This document shows positions 24,683 to 41,346 of a stretch of 64,000 nt of DNA, in pieces. Each line of letters begins with the position of its first letter. Positions within the stretch are counted from its first letter, which is position 1. Origin of the DNA: Octopus vulgaris. Lineage: Eukaryota. The notes below the pieces were generated by a model. The model worked only from the letters and a program-made list of their open reading frames with translations. It was not told the DNA's origin and did no database searches. The DNA lies in assembly GCA_951406725.2 (NCBI GenBank), contig OX597820.1:124496001-124560000 (forward strand). The letters run 5' to 3'. Made by a program: the position numbers and the translations under genes.

Positions 24683-25846
24683 GTGAAATAGAAAGATGAA
24701 TAATCTTGTAGTAGATTAATCAAAAGTTTAACCGATACCTTAGTAGCAAAAATCACAGCAGTAAAACAGCACGGTTGGAGGTACAACGCACAGACACACC
24801 CAGATGCACACACATCACACACGCGCACATCTAATCACAGCAAACACAAGCACACACACACCACACACCACACACACACGCACACAAACGTAAAGGTTTG
24901 GAGACATGTGCTTGCTTTAGGTAAGCCTAAACTCCTTGTGCATAATCTGTACATAGATTGTATAATATTCCATTCCCTTTTTCTCGCTTCCCTTCTCACG
25001 CTGATCAGCGCGGTGCTGTTCATGTTCCCATTACTGACGTAGGTTTTCGCTTTAATATACCTGCAAATGTATTCATTTCGATGCCCCCATTGGCGGCGTT
25101 ACACTTATCTGGCTTTTAAATAGCGTTTATAAATAATACCGGCACCCATAGCCCTTGGTAACAAATTCTGAAATAGCCTTTAAGATATCTATGATTAACC
25201 ACTGCAAGGGGAATTACTCCTGTAAGACAAACGGGGCTTGGTTTTTTCACAGCGGGGGTTTCCTTGACAAGGCAGGCTTAGATGAACACACACACACATA
25301 AAACATGATATATATTTTTTTTCTGCCACCCAACGGTCATCACGGCAGTAGCCACTGACAGCCGAACGATCAAACGCACACACGTACACAAAAAATGTTT
25401 TCTACCCCTACGCCAACACACACGTATATAGAACAGTATACACACACACACGTCTCTAAGTAGATTTTTTTCTCGCCCCTTATAAAACATCCAATATTCC
25501 TTAAATAGTCAGAACTTTATTCTCGGTCACAAAGAACATCTACGCCCCCTCACCCACATGATTGACCGATGCCTGACCCGTTGAATTCTTCAGCCACCTG
25601 TTCTCAACATACACTGATAAACAGTTTCGCCACGGGCTCTTAGGAGCATAGTTCGATTTATTTTTGCTCCGCCTCTGTTCTGTTTTTGTTTTTCCAACGG
25701 ATTTCCTATTTTCTTCCTGAAGAGAAAGACACAATATGGTCCCATTATTCCATCGGATTTTGGTAATTTGTGCCTTTCGAAACACGTGTAGAATGAAATA
25801 AAACGATTTCTGTTCAATCTGCGTTCAGCTCCATTTCTTCAATTCA

Positions 25847-25849
<3 letters not shown>
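24680..25849. mobile_element. Unclassified ~1.17-kb insertion in the central (TA)n of an S1 SINE
   Basis: Bounded by (TA)n on both sides; separates the two halves of S1; part is repeated at 22015-22337; no recognisable ORF. Confidence 0.55.
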
Positions 25850-25879
<30 letters not shown>

Positions 25880-25881
<2 letters not shown>

Positions 25882-26107
25882 GTTTGTGTATATGTTTGTG
25901 TGTCTGTGTGTGTCCCTCTAGCATTGCTTGACAACCGGTATTGGTGTGTTTACGTCCCCGTCACTTAGCAGTTCGGCAAAAGAGACCGATAGAATAAGTA
26001 CTGGGCTTACAAAAGAATAAGTCCCGGGGTCGAGTTGCTCGATTAAAGGCGGTGCTCCAGCAGTCAAATGACTGAAAGAGGTAAAAGAGTAAAAGAGTAA
26101 AGAGAGT
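25880..26107 (+). mobile_element. SINE S1 3' half
   Basis: Matches 61540-61760; (GTAAAAGA)n tail. Confidence 0.85.
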
Positions 26108-26607
26108 ATAACTTTTATTCAGTATATTGGAGACTAATTCATTTTATTGCGTACAAGTATCCTAATTACCTCCCCTTATCTGGATCCCTTATTCGATGTG
26201 CATATATGTAGAATTCTTGCGTTGCGCGTTTCTGTGATTCAGGCCACGCCCCCTTGCTGTCTCTAACTAGAATATTGCTTTGTAATAAGAAATTGAGTCC
26301 GTGATGTTCCTACCAGCGTAAAAATCAGAGAATCCTTGACTATTTGCGGATGCAAGGTAATTAATATGACGTTAGCTTTTGAAGACCTTTGGAGCATGTC
26401 AATATGCATTCCTTAGGCATTGGATTCGAAATTTTAAATATAGTTGTATGTCTAAAATGCAGCTATACCTAGGTTACTTAAAGTGTTAATTTATATTGCA
26501 TTTCTTGACTGCTCATTTGGGACTCTGCTGCTCGAAGGAGTTTTAATCACACATCGAAAATCAAAATATTACATGCGTGTCGCAATGTCAGTATTAGAAG
26601 AATCTAA

Positions 26608-26815
26608 AGCAGCGAGTTGGCAGAATCGGTAGCACGATGGGAAACATACTTAGCGGCATCTGTCCGTCTTTACGTTTCGAGTTCAAATTCCGCCACGGTC
26701 GATTTGGTTTTTCATCCTTTAGTGGCCGATAAAATATGTACTAGTTGATGATTGGGATCGATGTAATTGACTTAACGGCTTCCTCGAAATTGCTTACGCC
26801 GAAATTTGAAACGAA
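26608..26815 (+). mobile_element. SINE S2
   Basis: GCAGCGAGTTGGCAGAATCG...GAGTTCAAATTCCGCC...TTTCATCCTTT. Confidence 0.8.
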
Positions 26816-27812
26816 TCTCAGAAACATCTACTCTTATTTTGACAAAATAACTCAGAACGCTACATTCATAATCGATTTTGCGTATTATAATAATATGGAA
26901 TACCGTACTGCACATGGAACATCAACTGCAGGCTTGGTGCCATGTATAACAGACCTGTATCAATTCATCACATCACCGCAAAATCTCTTTCCTGAAAGAC
27001 TGTCTATGCTTATTTGCGTGAACAATTCCCTTGCAACACACACATAGGTCAACACACACACACACAAACTTACGTTGCCGGGTGGTTCTCCGTCTGATTC
27101 GACGATGGGGATTCATTTGTCATTGTGAGTGTGTAACAAGCTTTTTAGGAGACTCGGGCAGAATATGTGAAACAGCTGTAAATTCAAATGACGGAAAATA
27201 TGTCAGACGCTTAATAAAATGTTTTTATTTACCTAATTACAGTAATGTACTTTTGTTTAGTCTCTACCATCATTTTAAAGGGACAATTTTTAGGTCCCAA
27301 ATGGTAGGATAGAAAGATACGTGGTTTCTTAGCGAACATCATAAGTATAAAAAACTAAACATACATATACATGAATAGATACATACATATATTCTACTGC
27401 ATACGTATCTATGCTACTGTATACGAACTGATGTCACGTGATAGGATTTATAGACACGGTGAGTCCTACCAGGTGACATCTAATTCATTAGATCATCTTG
27501 AAAATAAAAATTCTGAAGTAATTTCGAAATACCCTATGCAATAGTCACACGGTAATCTAAGATAAATAACACAATACAAAATCTATTCCATCACTGAAAT
27601 TTATATATATGTGCAAGTGTGTGACTGAGTTTACATGCATATATAGACTCGTTCTCGCAAACACGTAGGAGCACATATGTAAACATTTACATTTCTATGT
27701 TGTGTGTATATATATATATATAAATATGCGTGCAATGTGTTTCAGTGTCCGTGTGTTTGCAAATGTGTGCTTACATATAACAAATAAAAACACACGTACA
27801 TGCATATATGCA

Positions 27813-27866
<54 letters not shown>

Positions 27867-28006
27867 AAACATATAAATATTGTCGATTTTCCCACAAAAT
27901 CATTTAACTGACGAGGGTGTCAATTTAAACAATACACTATGTAATGAATATTGTTTACTTATTTCCAAGTGTGCTTACTGTTACACTTGAATGCATATAC
28001 ACATAC

Positions 28007-28081
<75 letters not shown>

Positions 28082-29162
28082 TGTGAGTGTATAGATTATA
28101 TATATATATATATATGTCACTTTGCTCTCTATCTAACTCTCTAGTTACCTATCATATATCTAACTATTTTCATTTATACATACATTCCGGCATACATATA
28201 TGCAAATAAGAAATAGATGGATAGGTTTCTGTGTTTGGACTATGATGGTAATTAGAAAATATTTATATTTATCTCTAAAAAAATCACAAAGCTATATTCC
28301 TAGAGATATTTTTTCCACTATACAAGTAAATGGATTGTGAATTTGGTTGATTGATGGAATAAACAAATTAGTAAGTAGAAGCAAATTTGATGAATGCAAC
28401 AAGTTAATTTAATTTATTATTTCAGATATAACTATTTGTGCGGCTCTAAGTATACGTCTTTGCTAGGAATAGATTTGCGATTACTAATTTGGAAGCAAAT
28501 TTAATAAATATTCTGTGGGTAAGCGGGGCATAACTTACTTGAATTTACTGACGTAATTAAGTATCTTCTGTATTAGTTTAATTACAATAATAAATAGTAA
28601 GACAGAGAATATATTGTTGCTACTATTGTCGATTTTGGAGGTGTAGTTACTAAATATAGTTTTGTTCCAATATAACTTACTATATCTTGAGTGAAAATGG
28701 CAGATCGAAAGAAGTATTAAATCATATTTATTTCTTATTTCAGGAAAACGCCAATATTTGGAAGAGGTGTGTATTCGATTATGCATCGAATTTAGGATAA
28801 TACAGTACAATACAGTAACTTATTTGATCGAGTGTAGATGAATGAATGTCCAAGTCAATATCGTATTGGATGGCCTAACATTCTGCTGTTGCTGAAAGAC
28901 AGGACTGAGAATCTATATATAATATTCAAAGACAGAAAGTAAAAATCAATCCATCTATCATGCTCAAAGCCAAGAAGGTGTATTTATGTATTGTGGTTCA
29001 TATTTCGATCATGTCTGATGAAAGCAGAGCGGAAAGCATGTCGAATCTATCAAATTGAAAGATTATTGTAAATTGAAAGAATCAGAAAGTATGGTGTAAA
29101 ATAATTTCATCAATGATATTCAGGTTGTGATATGGCAGTTCTTGGGAATACTAAAATACTAA

Positions 29163-29323
<161 letters not shown>

Positions 29324-29324
29324 A

Positions 29325-29790
29325 CGTAATCGACTTAATCCCTTTGCCTGTCCTTGTGTGGCCACTCTCTGTTTAGCCTCTTGTGGGTAGTACAGAAATA
29401 GGCATTTCGTTTGTCTTGAGGCCTTTTTTTTAGCTCAAATTTCGCGTGGTCGACTTTGATGCGCAGATTATTTAATTAATTTATGAATTTATTTTAAACT
29501 TAACACCTTCAAACTACCGTTACTGGTAGGATATGTCACATAGAACAGGGTTTATTCTTAACGTTTCTGACAAAAGTTTGTATTTTAGAACCGATGTTTA
29601 CGTTCTCAGTTGAAATTCCGCCGAGGTCGATTTTCAACCATTTCAGATCTGCTCAATTACACGTACATATTATTTAATTAATTTATTTAACTAAACACTT
29701 TACAATTTCCGATACTGGTAGAATGTGACATAGAACAGGGTTTACTCTTAAAGTTTTTGACAAAAATTGTATTTTAGAAGTTATTTCGTC
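29325..29790 (+). repeat. S2 fragments plus two tandem copies of a ~120-bp repeat
   Basis: TACTGGTAG..ATGT.ACATAGAACAGGGTTTA..CTTAA...TTGTATTTTAGAA at ~29468-29590 and ~29670-29780, each preceded by an S2 B-box fragment. Confidence 0.65.
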
Positions 29791-30585
29791 GGAAGTTAGA
29801 GAGTGACAATGGGCAAATTCTTGTTTAATAAGTGCCAATACACGACACTCTCAGCTTTTTACTTACTCATTAACTTCCGCCGATGATACATATATACATA
29901 TTACGTACATGTTTAAAAAAAGCTCATCACGCAATCGAACCAATGAGAGAACCTCTACCTTGTCGCTCGACACGCTCGACAGCCAAAGTATCCCCCTGTC
30001 TAAATCACACGCCTATCGTATGTAATGTCCTAGATTATCCCTAGAAAGACGGTTTGCTGAAGGCTGGAATGTCTTTGAGGATACGTATGCAGTATCAGGA
30101 TTTATTTGAGGCTGAATAACGACATTATGCTCACTTTCTATATTAACACCCACACAAAATGGTAAAAAAATCCCTGCCATTAATTTCGTGTGGATGGGTA
30201 ATATTAAATAATTTAATCACAAGATATATTTAAATTAAACACGAAACATTGAAATATTATCATTATTTACATGGAAAAATTTTAGTATTTTATAAGGTAA
30301 AATCTTAAATTATTATTTGACACATATTATCTTATAACAGCAATGCCTGGAAAAATCATGGATTATATGGAAAAATACGAGCATGAAAATTCATATTCGT
30401 AAAATTATAAACCTGGAAAAGTACAGGACAAGTTATTACATCTGTACAAGTATAGGACAATCTTTTACTTCTAGTAAAGTAAAGAATAAGAAAATTTTGC
30501 TTAAACTATTTCAGCTAAAATTATAATTTGAATATTAAAACTTATTTTATTATAGTTTACAAATAACACTATACTTATTTAAGTA

Positions 30586-31940
30586 GAATTTGGCTAATTT
30601 ATTACCGTAAATATTGAAAAAAAATGACTAATTAAACAAACTTAAAATTTAGCTGAACAGTTTAATGCAGTAAATTTCAAAGATGGGAACTGTAAAGGGT
30701 GATAGATTAGAAGAATAAGTAAAACGTTGCTTATTCTTTACTTTACGAGAAGTAATAGTTTGTCCTATACTTTTACAGCTGTAATAATGACTTTTCATAC
30801 TCCCATTTTTCTATGTAATAAAATATAATAAAGACACATTATTCCATTTATAACTGGCAATGTGGACGTAATATACACCTATTCTATAAGGAGATTGACA
30901 CATTACCCGAAAGGATATCCATAGATGCATGCAGGAAATGAGCAATACTAAGGATTTATTCACATTTTCAAGACATGCTCACACGACATTTGTTAACCCT
31001 GAAGACTTTTGTCAAACTGAAGCTCATTTTTAACAGTGAAAATTTCCGAAAGCTTGCATGTCTTCAATAATACTAAATACATCAACGTACGATGTATATT
31101 GAACATTTTTTCTAAACTTTAAATTTTTTGATAATGACAGGCATTCCTGTAAAACCTACAGGTTTCAAAGTATGTTCCCCGTGAGGTTGCCATTTCTTGT
31201 TCCAAGAGGGGTAACTATTGATGGAGGTCTTTAATTATAAATAAGAAAAATGATGATGATAACTGGTGACACTCTACTTCAATTGCTAAGAGTGAAATTA
31301 ATATTTTATATATTGCATTACACGGATAATTTATCTTGAATCGTGAAATTGTGTTCAGCAATGCCAAGATGTACGGCTAACGCATAGGTATTTCAATATA
31401 TGGCAGTACAGTGGTGGGGCCCATTGACATTATCCAGAAAAATAACTCAAAAAATGAATATTGTGAAGTAATTAATGAATTTACAAATTGATCTAAGCTA
31501 AGATTTTAAGTGCTCCTATCTAAATATGCGAGATGGACCCATTAATACTGGATAAAAATATAAAAATGCAATAAACTAAAGTCAGCAGCCAGACAAACGA
31601 AGCAGATATACAAATAGGATAATGTGTCTATGTTATATATTATTACATAGAAAAATGCAAGTATGAAAGGTCATATTCTTAAGATTATAAACCTGGAAAA
31701 GTACAGGATAAGTTATCAGTTATTACAGCTGTAAAAGTATAGGACAGACTATTACTTCTAGTAAAGTAAAGAATAAGTAACTTTTTACTTTAAATATTGC
31801 AGCAAAGAATTCTTCTAACCTATCACTCTTTACAATTCTTATCTTTGAAATTTATTGCATAAAACTGTTCTGCTAATTTCTAGGTTTGTGTAATTAGTCA
31901 ATTTTTTTTAAATATTTAAGGTAATAAATTAGCCGAATTC
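30586..31940. repeat. Long diverged inverted repeat (arms ~30586-30845 and ~31617-31940), with a third partial copy at ~30360-30520
   Basis: GAATTTGGCTAATTTATTACC versus GGTAATAAATTAGCCGAATTC; TATAGGACA...TTACTTCTAGTAAAGTAAAGAATAAG present in three copies. Confidence 0.8.
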
Positions 31941-34900
31941 ATATAGTAACAGGTGTATTTAGTTGGCTGAACTAGAAACCGAGTTTATGAGGATTGAGTA
32001 TAACATTTAATGAGTAATAATGTAAGCAGGAAATATGGTACAGAAAATTGTAGTCATAATTTTTATTGTATTAATAAAAAAAAATTTGTATAGTATCCAT
32101 GGACTTATTGATACTATTAATTGCATAAGTATTACTATTACTGAACATTCTGACTCTGGTTGGTAAAATATTTAGTGAGTGACACTAACAAAACCTGCTT
32201 TCACTACAACTGATATTCCAATACATGTTCCTACGGTTGCACGGTTAAGCGACACAACTAGCATGATTAAGGGGTAAAATTTTCAGAAACAATCTCTTAA
32301 ATTCCAGCAGATTAAGAGGCCCTTTAAACAAATCACATCATGATTGTTACGCATTCGCTTAACTGGTTAAATAACTTCTCTACGTTTGCATACACGAAGC
32401 GATATTCTATTGCGTAGAATAACATTTACTGATATGGTACCAAGTAGAAGAGAATACACTATACAAGAGATACTCTGCGTTGCTAAGCTTGTAAAATACG
32501 CTGGATGATTTTCGATAGCCCCTCTAGATAAATGAAGAAAAATACCGTTTGAAGATTCAATACAACATTAACATGAACAAACAAGACTACAATCACTAGA
32601 ATGCTAAAACGAAAATATCATTTGGAAAGCTAGATACTTGAAATGGAATAACATTACAGAAAATGCTTCTCTCAAAGCCAGGTTTTTAAAACAACGTGAA
32701 ACATTCTATGATAGACGTAGAAACGCATTTGGGAAACAAATACACACGTTTTCAAAATACATTTTGTTAGACTGATCTAAAATCAGGTACAACAAAAATA
32801 TTTGTTCGTTAGAGAAAACGTAGCAAAATGAAGAAGCGAAATTCCATCTCTCGAAATCATTGCAAAATTTAGATAGTATCGGTAACTATCAAATTTCTCA
32901 CATTGTAACGTCCAAAGCTTCTGGGGGCTTTGGTGTGTAACATACTAAACTTTTAACTAACGAATTATTAAACAATTTATTAAGCCAAGTACGCAAGCAT
33001 TTTACATGTACTAAAATAGTTATCCTCAAGGAAGAGCCGATAGTTCATCCATATAGCTGTCGTACTGTAAAATGTCTGCCAGTACTCTATATAATAATTT
33101 CTTATAGTAACATATTGTTTGATGTATTTTACTTCCGGCACTTCATTGCATGTCCATTTCGCAATATTCAGTAGTCCCCTGATTTTGTATACTTCCGATC
33201 CACAAGATTCTTCCAATGATCTTCTTTATCTGAAGTCTGATGTAGCCAACGTATTCCATATAAAAAATGGTGCGCTGAAAGTAACTGTCAATCGCTTATA
33301 TATAATATCATATTTATATTACGAGAATAAGCGAATGTGTTTTGTTACAGCACAATCAAATTATTCGATTACAAACTAATGAAGTGTCAAGTAAATTTTA
33401 CTGTCAAAATCAAGTAGAATATTCGTGTTTGATCGTATTTTGTCTGTCAGCTATCGCTTGTTCAATATACGTTGGTCACTAAAAAGCTAGTTTGGACAGC
33501 AAATAAATGTGTTGACACCGAAATCACAAAACGTCTCTCAGGGCTGACCGAAAAGTAAATATTATAAATTCTGCGTCTGATACATGACTCGAGAATCCTT
33601 TTAATAATAAGAAAAGTTCTTTAGCAAGTACATTAGAATAACTTTTGGACTAGTGTGATTTATAAAATTGACTGTAAAACGACACAGACAAAGGAATCGA
33701 GCAGGAGATTTGGAACAACAGAAAAGGAGGTAGAGTAAATATTTGTGTGAATCCTCTGCAAACACGTAGGAAAAATTTATATTTTCAATAGTAAAAATCA
33801 GTAAGAATTTTGCTCAGAAGCAAATACATATCTGAGCCATGAACACCTTTATGGTTCCACGTATAATTCATAATTGTTTGTTATTTGACTTTTATGATTA
33901 ACGTACCCTGTACTCTGAGAAATTTGCTAACAAAACCGTAGTCTACAGAAGAGTGCTGACATCCCAGAGCAACTTTGTAGATCCATTGATTTCCATGAGA
34001 AAGCAATAACTACCAGCGCAAAAGAACTTGATACGTACACATGTTGACCAGTCATTTCAATATGTGATCCTCGTAAAAAGAAATAATACCAGTGCAAGAG
34101 TTCTCTTTCGGTTACTAGAAGACTGTTTACATTTATGTTGATGTTCAAAAGTGCTCAAAACTCGGTATCGGCAAAAACATCTAAGGATGTGCTTAATGAA
34201 AATCACGTCTATCAGTATAACGAGTTGTGTTTTACTTAAAACCCCACAAATATTACAGTAAAAAAGCCGAAAGAAAAGATCCTGCATACACATTTTTTAT
34301 GGTTATCCTCTATATAACGTGTCGGTGACTCTCTACATAAAATATTCATTAAAATTTTAACTTAATATAAGCCAAATTTTCAATGAATATTTCAATGAGG
34401 AATCTATTGCCGTCCCAATTATAGGTCATAATTATAATACTTTCAAATGGACGCAAAATTGATTCAGTAACTTGAGAGAAAATAGCTTCAGTCTGATAGA
34501 CATTATAATTGTCTCTTCAAATAGTGTGATGACGTTTGTGCTGTACAGCTAAAATAAATTCTTATAAAATATCCACTGAAATGATGCAAATATATCTTGC
34601 GAGGGAGCAAAGGAAACAATAATAAAATAGCTGTAATGCACGAAAAAGTGTTTCTATATTTTGAAAAATAATATTAAAAATAAGACAATAAAAAGACAAT
34701 AAAAACAATTAAGAGAAGAAAAAAGAAAAATAATAGTGTAATATTTAAAATCTAAGCAAAATTTTGGATTAGAGAATTCTATGCTAAGCCGATCGTATGA
34801 TAACCTCTATAGACTCAGTAAATGAATACAACTGATCAGGATGAGTACATTGCAGCACTAAAATGCAAACAGAGGTTGTTGAATTCATCTTTAAGGCTTG

Positions 34901-36355
34901 TAATTACTGCATCCCACCAGTAAAAAACAGCAACAGCTAGCAATTAAATAGTATATATTATCCAACATCAGAATAGGTGCTGGCTTAACCAAATTGAACG
35001 CTAATAAAAATGCCCATGGTTTGACAATGAGCTATATTCTTCGTGTGGATCACCTCGTGTTCAACACTTAAGATAATATGCAAATTGAGCCACGGCTACT
35101 GACAACACATTTATTTACTGCTCGGATCAGATATAAAATTCGTATAAAAATGCGAAAATATAACCAGGAATAGAGAAAAAATAATACAAACAGTGAAATA
35201 GATATAAGCACATTTCCCCAAAAGGTTTCAAAGTATATATATGAATTATTGAACAGGACACAATATAACAAGTAGAATAGGGTGAAAGATCTAGGCGGGA
35301 ATAATATAACTGCATTAAATTGATACGAAAAAAGAATCAAATTCTTCCTGTAGAAAGTTATATTTTTAGCAATCTCAAGGTGACACTATTTGAATTAACC
35401 AAAACTAAACAGGAACAGAGCTGATATCTATTTTAGAATATGTCACTCGAAATTTATCACAAAAATAATTAGTTTACCACAGATGCAGTGATATAAAGAT
35501 ACAAAACCACTAAAAATATTCACCGTAAAATTACAAAAATATCTACAAAAAGATCTTGGAAAGCTAATACAAATATGTACAACACAAGAGAAAAAAGAAG
35601 CAATTTCTTAATTGGCAGGTAATGCTCAGATTTGTCCTTACTTATTTGACTGTAGGCCTGAAAAATGTCTACTAAGTACTAATAAAGCTATCACTATACT
35701 TCAAAAATTTGTTATGAACTCTGCACTGTACCATTATATTCAAATTGTAACTCCTTTAAATCCAGATTTACCTCCCATGATTTTGTTCACCAGAATTATA
35801 TATGCAATTTTCAGTAAATAGCATTTTTGGCTCATCACACTAACATAAGTTGAAGTCCTATTATTTCTTTCTTTCTTTATTTACTTATTTAAAACATAGT
35901 TCGAAATAATTGTTAAGAATTGTAGGGAGTAAACGAGACCAACTAGCATGATTTTTAAGAAAAAGAAGTTAAAAATACCCGATGGAAATACCAGTGCCTA
36001 AGGCTGATAACGCACATATGAAGTAAATTGAAAATTCTTCAAAATATCAAGAGGTTGAATCAAAGATAACCAAAGTGTGAAGTACGGAAATTAGCAATTT
36101 GGGAATTATAATACGGAACCACACTAGCGCATAATTAAAACCTTGAGACATTCACTTAGAAACAGCGTAGGGAAAATGGTAATAATTAGTGTTGCAGTGC
36201 ATAGTTCATAAATTATTTTTAGTACAAATAAAATGCAAAATTAAAATAAAATGTAGCATATATGAAAGATGCGATCGATTATACTGTAAAAGTACGCAGC
36301 AAAACCTATATAAATAACTACTACAACCCACTCACTACTACTACTACTGCTACTG

Positions 36356-36390
<35 letters not shown>

Positions 36391-36394
36391 GCTG

Positions 36395-36427
<33 letters not shown>

Positions 36428-36461
36428 ACAACAACAACAACAACAACAAAAAAATAATAAT

Positions 36462-36804
36462 AAGTAGGATGGGGGAGCATCATAGCCATGTGTTGAGAGG
36501 GATTCTTTGGGGTTTGAATAATTCACCCCTGGAAACATGGGTGGTTCGATCAACATCCTTAAAGAATCCTTATTCAGAGACCTTTTGAGCGGGATGGGCT
36601 ACTCGACCTGACGAAAATTCTAACTGGGTCCCACCTGCAAGGTCATGTGCTGTTTATCTTGATATGAGATCACCATGTCGCGCACCTATGGTTGTGATGC
36701 ATGTGCCAGGTGTACCCTTATCAGACGGGTAGTCATGATAGGTATACTGGGCTTCAAATATTTTACCCAGTGTCACTTTGATGGCTTGCACTGCTCTCTC
36801 ACTC
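36462..36804 (+). mobile_element. ~550-bp element, 5'-truncated copy 3
   Basis: Colinear with 8049-8389; same 3' end CTCTCACTC(AAT)n. Confidence 0.85.
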
Positions 36805-36813
36805 AATAATAAC

Positions 36814-36884
<71 letters not shown>

Positions 36885-36922
36885 TAATAATAATAATGAT
36901 AATAATAATAATGATAATAATG

Positions 36923-37265
36923 ATTCACGAATAGTACAAGCACCACACTGAGGCTATAACTAACGGAGAAAATGTAACGATTCCTTGGGACTTTCCAGTA
37001 CACACACACACCAAGCCATCAAAGCTAATAAAGAAGATAGAGTTGTAAAAGACCAAAAGAATAAAGTCTGTTTATTGAGGGAAATTAGCATACCTTGTGA
37101 TCATAATATCTTGGCAAAAGAATTTAACAAGCCTAGAAAATATAAAGATTTTCCCATTGAAATCGAAACGACGTGGCATCTCAACACAATTATAATACCA
37201 GTAATTGTTGGAATTATCGAAAAAGAACTGAAGATTATTTGTGGATGATATGCCACACATATTGA
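36923..37265 (+). pseudogene. Older, distinct R4/Dong REL endonuclease fragment
   Basis: NVTIPWDFPVHT / AIKANKEDRVVKDQKNKVCLLREISIP...KYKDFPIEIETTW...IIPVIVG; follows (TAA)n. Confidence 0.8.
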
Positions 37266-37539
37266 GAAGAGCATTACCGCAGTGAATTTTCTTTCTTCTT
37301 CCCCTTTAGTTTTTTTAGTCTCATTTTCATTTTTTCTCCATTCCTTTTCATCTCTGCCCCTCTTCCCCTTTTTTCTATTATATGACATTGTAAATGAACA
37401 ATCTGGTGTGTTTTTATAGTAATAGCTTACCGATATATACAGCGAGGTTTTTGCCCTATGTGTCGGCAAGAAATGGAAAGACACTCGGCAAGAAATGGAA
37501 ACTAAATTGAAAGAAGATGATGATGATACTAATAATAGT

Positions 37540-37753
37540 GGTTTAAAATGTTGGCACAAGGTCAGCAGATTTTAAGCTGAGGTTGAGTCTATTACATCGA
37601 TCCCTTTACTCACCTGGTCCTCATTCAATCGACCTCGAAAGGTGGGGAATGCAACGTCGATCTCGGCTGATTTTGAACCCAGCACGTAAAGATCGGCGAA
37701 ATGCAGCTAAACCTTTTGTCTGGTGTGCTAACGGTTCTGTCGTCTCGCAGCCC
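37540..37753 (-). mobile_element. SINE S2
   Basis: S2 core and head; the head abuts (TAA)n. Confidence 0.75.
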
Positions 37754-37779
37754 TAATAATAATAATAATAATAATAATA

Positions 37780-37811
<32 letters not shown>

Positions 37812-37855
37812 TAATATTAATAGTAATATAATAATAATAATAAAAAATTATAGTA

Positions 37856-37943
<88 letters not shown>

Positions 37944-37946
37944 GTA

Positions 37947-38041
<95 letters not shown>
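37754..38041. repeat. (TAA)n microsatellite, 5' flank of the LINE
   Basis: Directly visible. Confidence 0.95.
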
Positions 38042-40250
<2,209 letters not shown>

Positions 40251-40458
40251 TCCTTTCTACTATAGGCACAAGGCCTGAAATTTGAGGGGAGGGGCCAGTC
40301 GATTAGATCGACCCCAGTACGCAAATGTTACTAAATTTATCGACCCCGAGAGGATGATAGGCAAAGTGAAACACGTCGGAATTTGAACTCAGAACGTAAA
40401 AACGGACGGGATGCCACTAAGCATTTTACCCGGCGTGCTAACGCAAGCTCACTGCCTT
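40251..40458 (-). mobile_element. SINE S2 with (ATT)n tail
   Basis: Minus strand ...CTTGTGCCTATAGTAGAAAGG(ATT)n. Confidence 0.85.
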
Positions 40459-41140
40459 TAAAATGATATCTATACTAACCACAATGAAACTAAGCCATGA
40501 CGATAGGCAAAAGAATAACAAGATGCAAAATGTTTTTCGGAATTTCTATAGAAACATGTAAAAAAGTGTAACCGAAGACTGCTAGCAATATAATGTGCCA
40601 AGAAAAACGAATTACCAATAAATCAACAGCTTCTATACCACTCAAATAAGCTGGATAACTCTGATCCCTAGGAGAAAATATACTCCTTGGTTTGACATTT
40701 CTCTACCGTCAAGAGCACGCTCAGAGTAGGACACACGCTTTTATTTCTTTTAATTATGCCCCAGATCGACTATGTCGCCGTTAATAAAGCCGGAAACGAA
40801 TATTCTCCATAATGCAGCAACTGGTTGATTTTTAGCGACACCAAGAATTCCCCCTAGAGTGTTACCGGTCTCGCCAACAATTAGTCCTTTATAGAACGCC
40901 AAATTCGAACTTCCGCAAACTTTATTGCAGAAAAGGCAAAGGCTGTGAGAACCTAAGAACATCGTATGAATCAGGCGACCGGTTTGCTCTTTGCTTGACC
41001 GAGGCTCCACAAGGAAGAAAAATAGGTTGAGAAAAAATGTGGTGGGAGGGAATGGTGACTAGAAATGCTTATCGTCTAGGAATGTTTGAATACATAAATA
41101 CATACATTATTTAATATATATATATATATTTTTTCTCTTA

Positions 41141-41346
<206 letters not shown>

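Noticed and set aside
29010-29047. CTGATGA...GGAAAGCATGTC as a hammerhead
   Set aside because: Stems II and III do not pair properly
32980-33379. Short ORFs in the repeat-poor 32-36 kb block as exons
   Set aside because: No recognisable protein similarity; small exons cannot be excluded without RNA data
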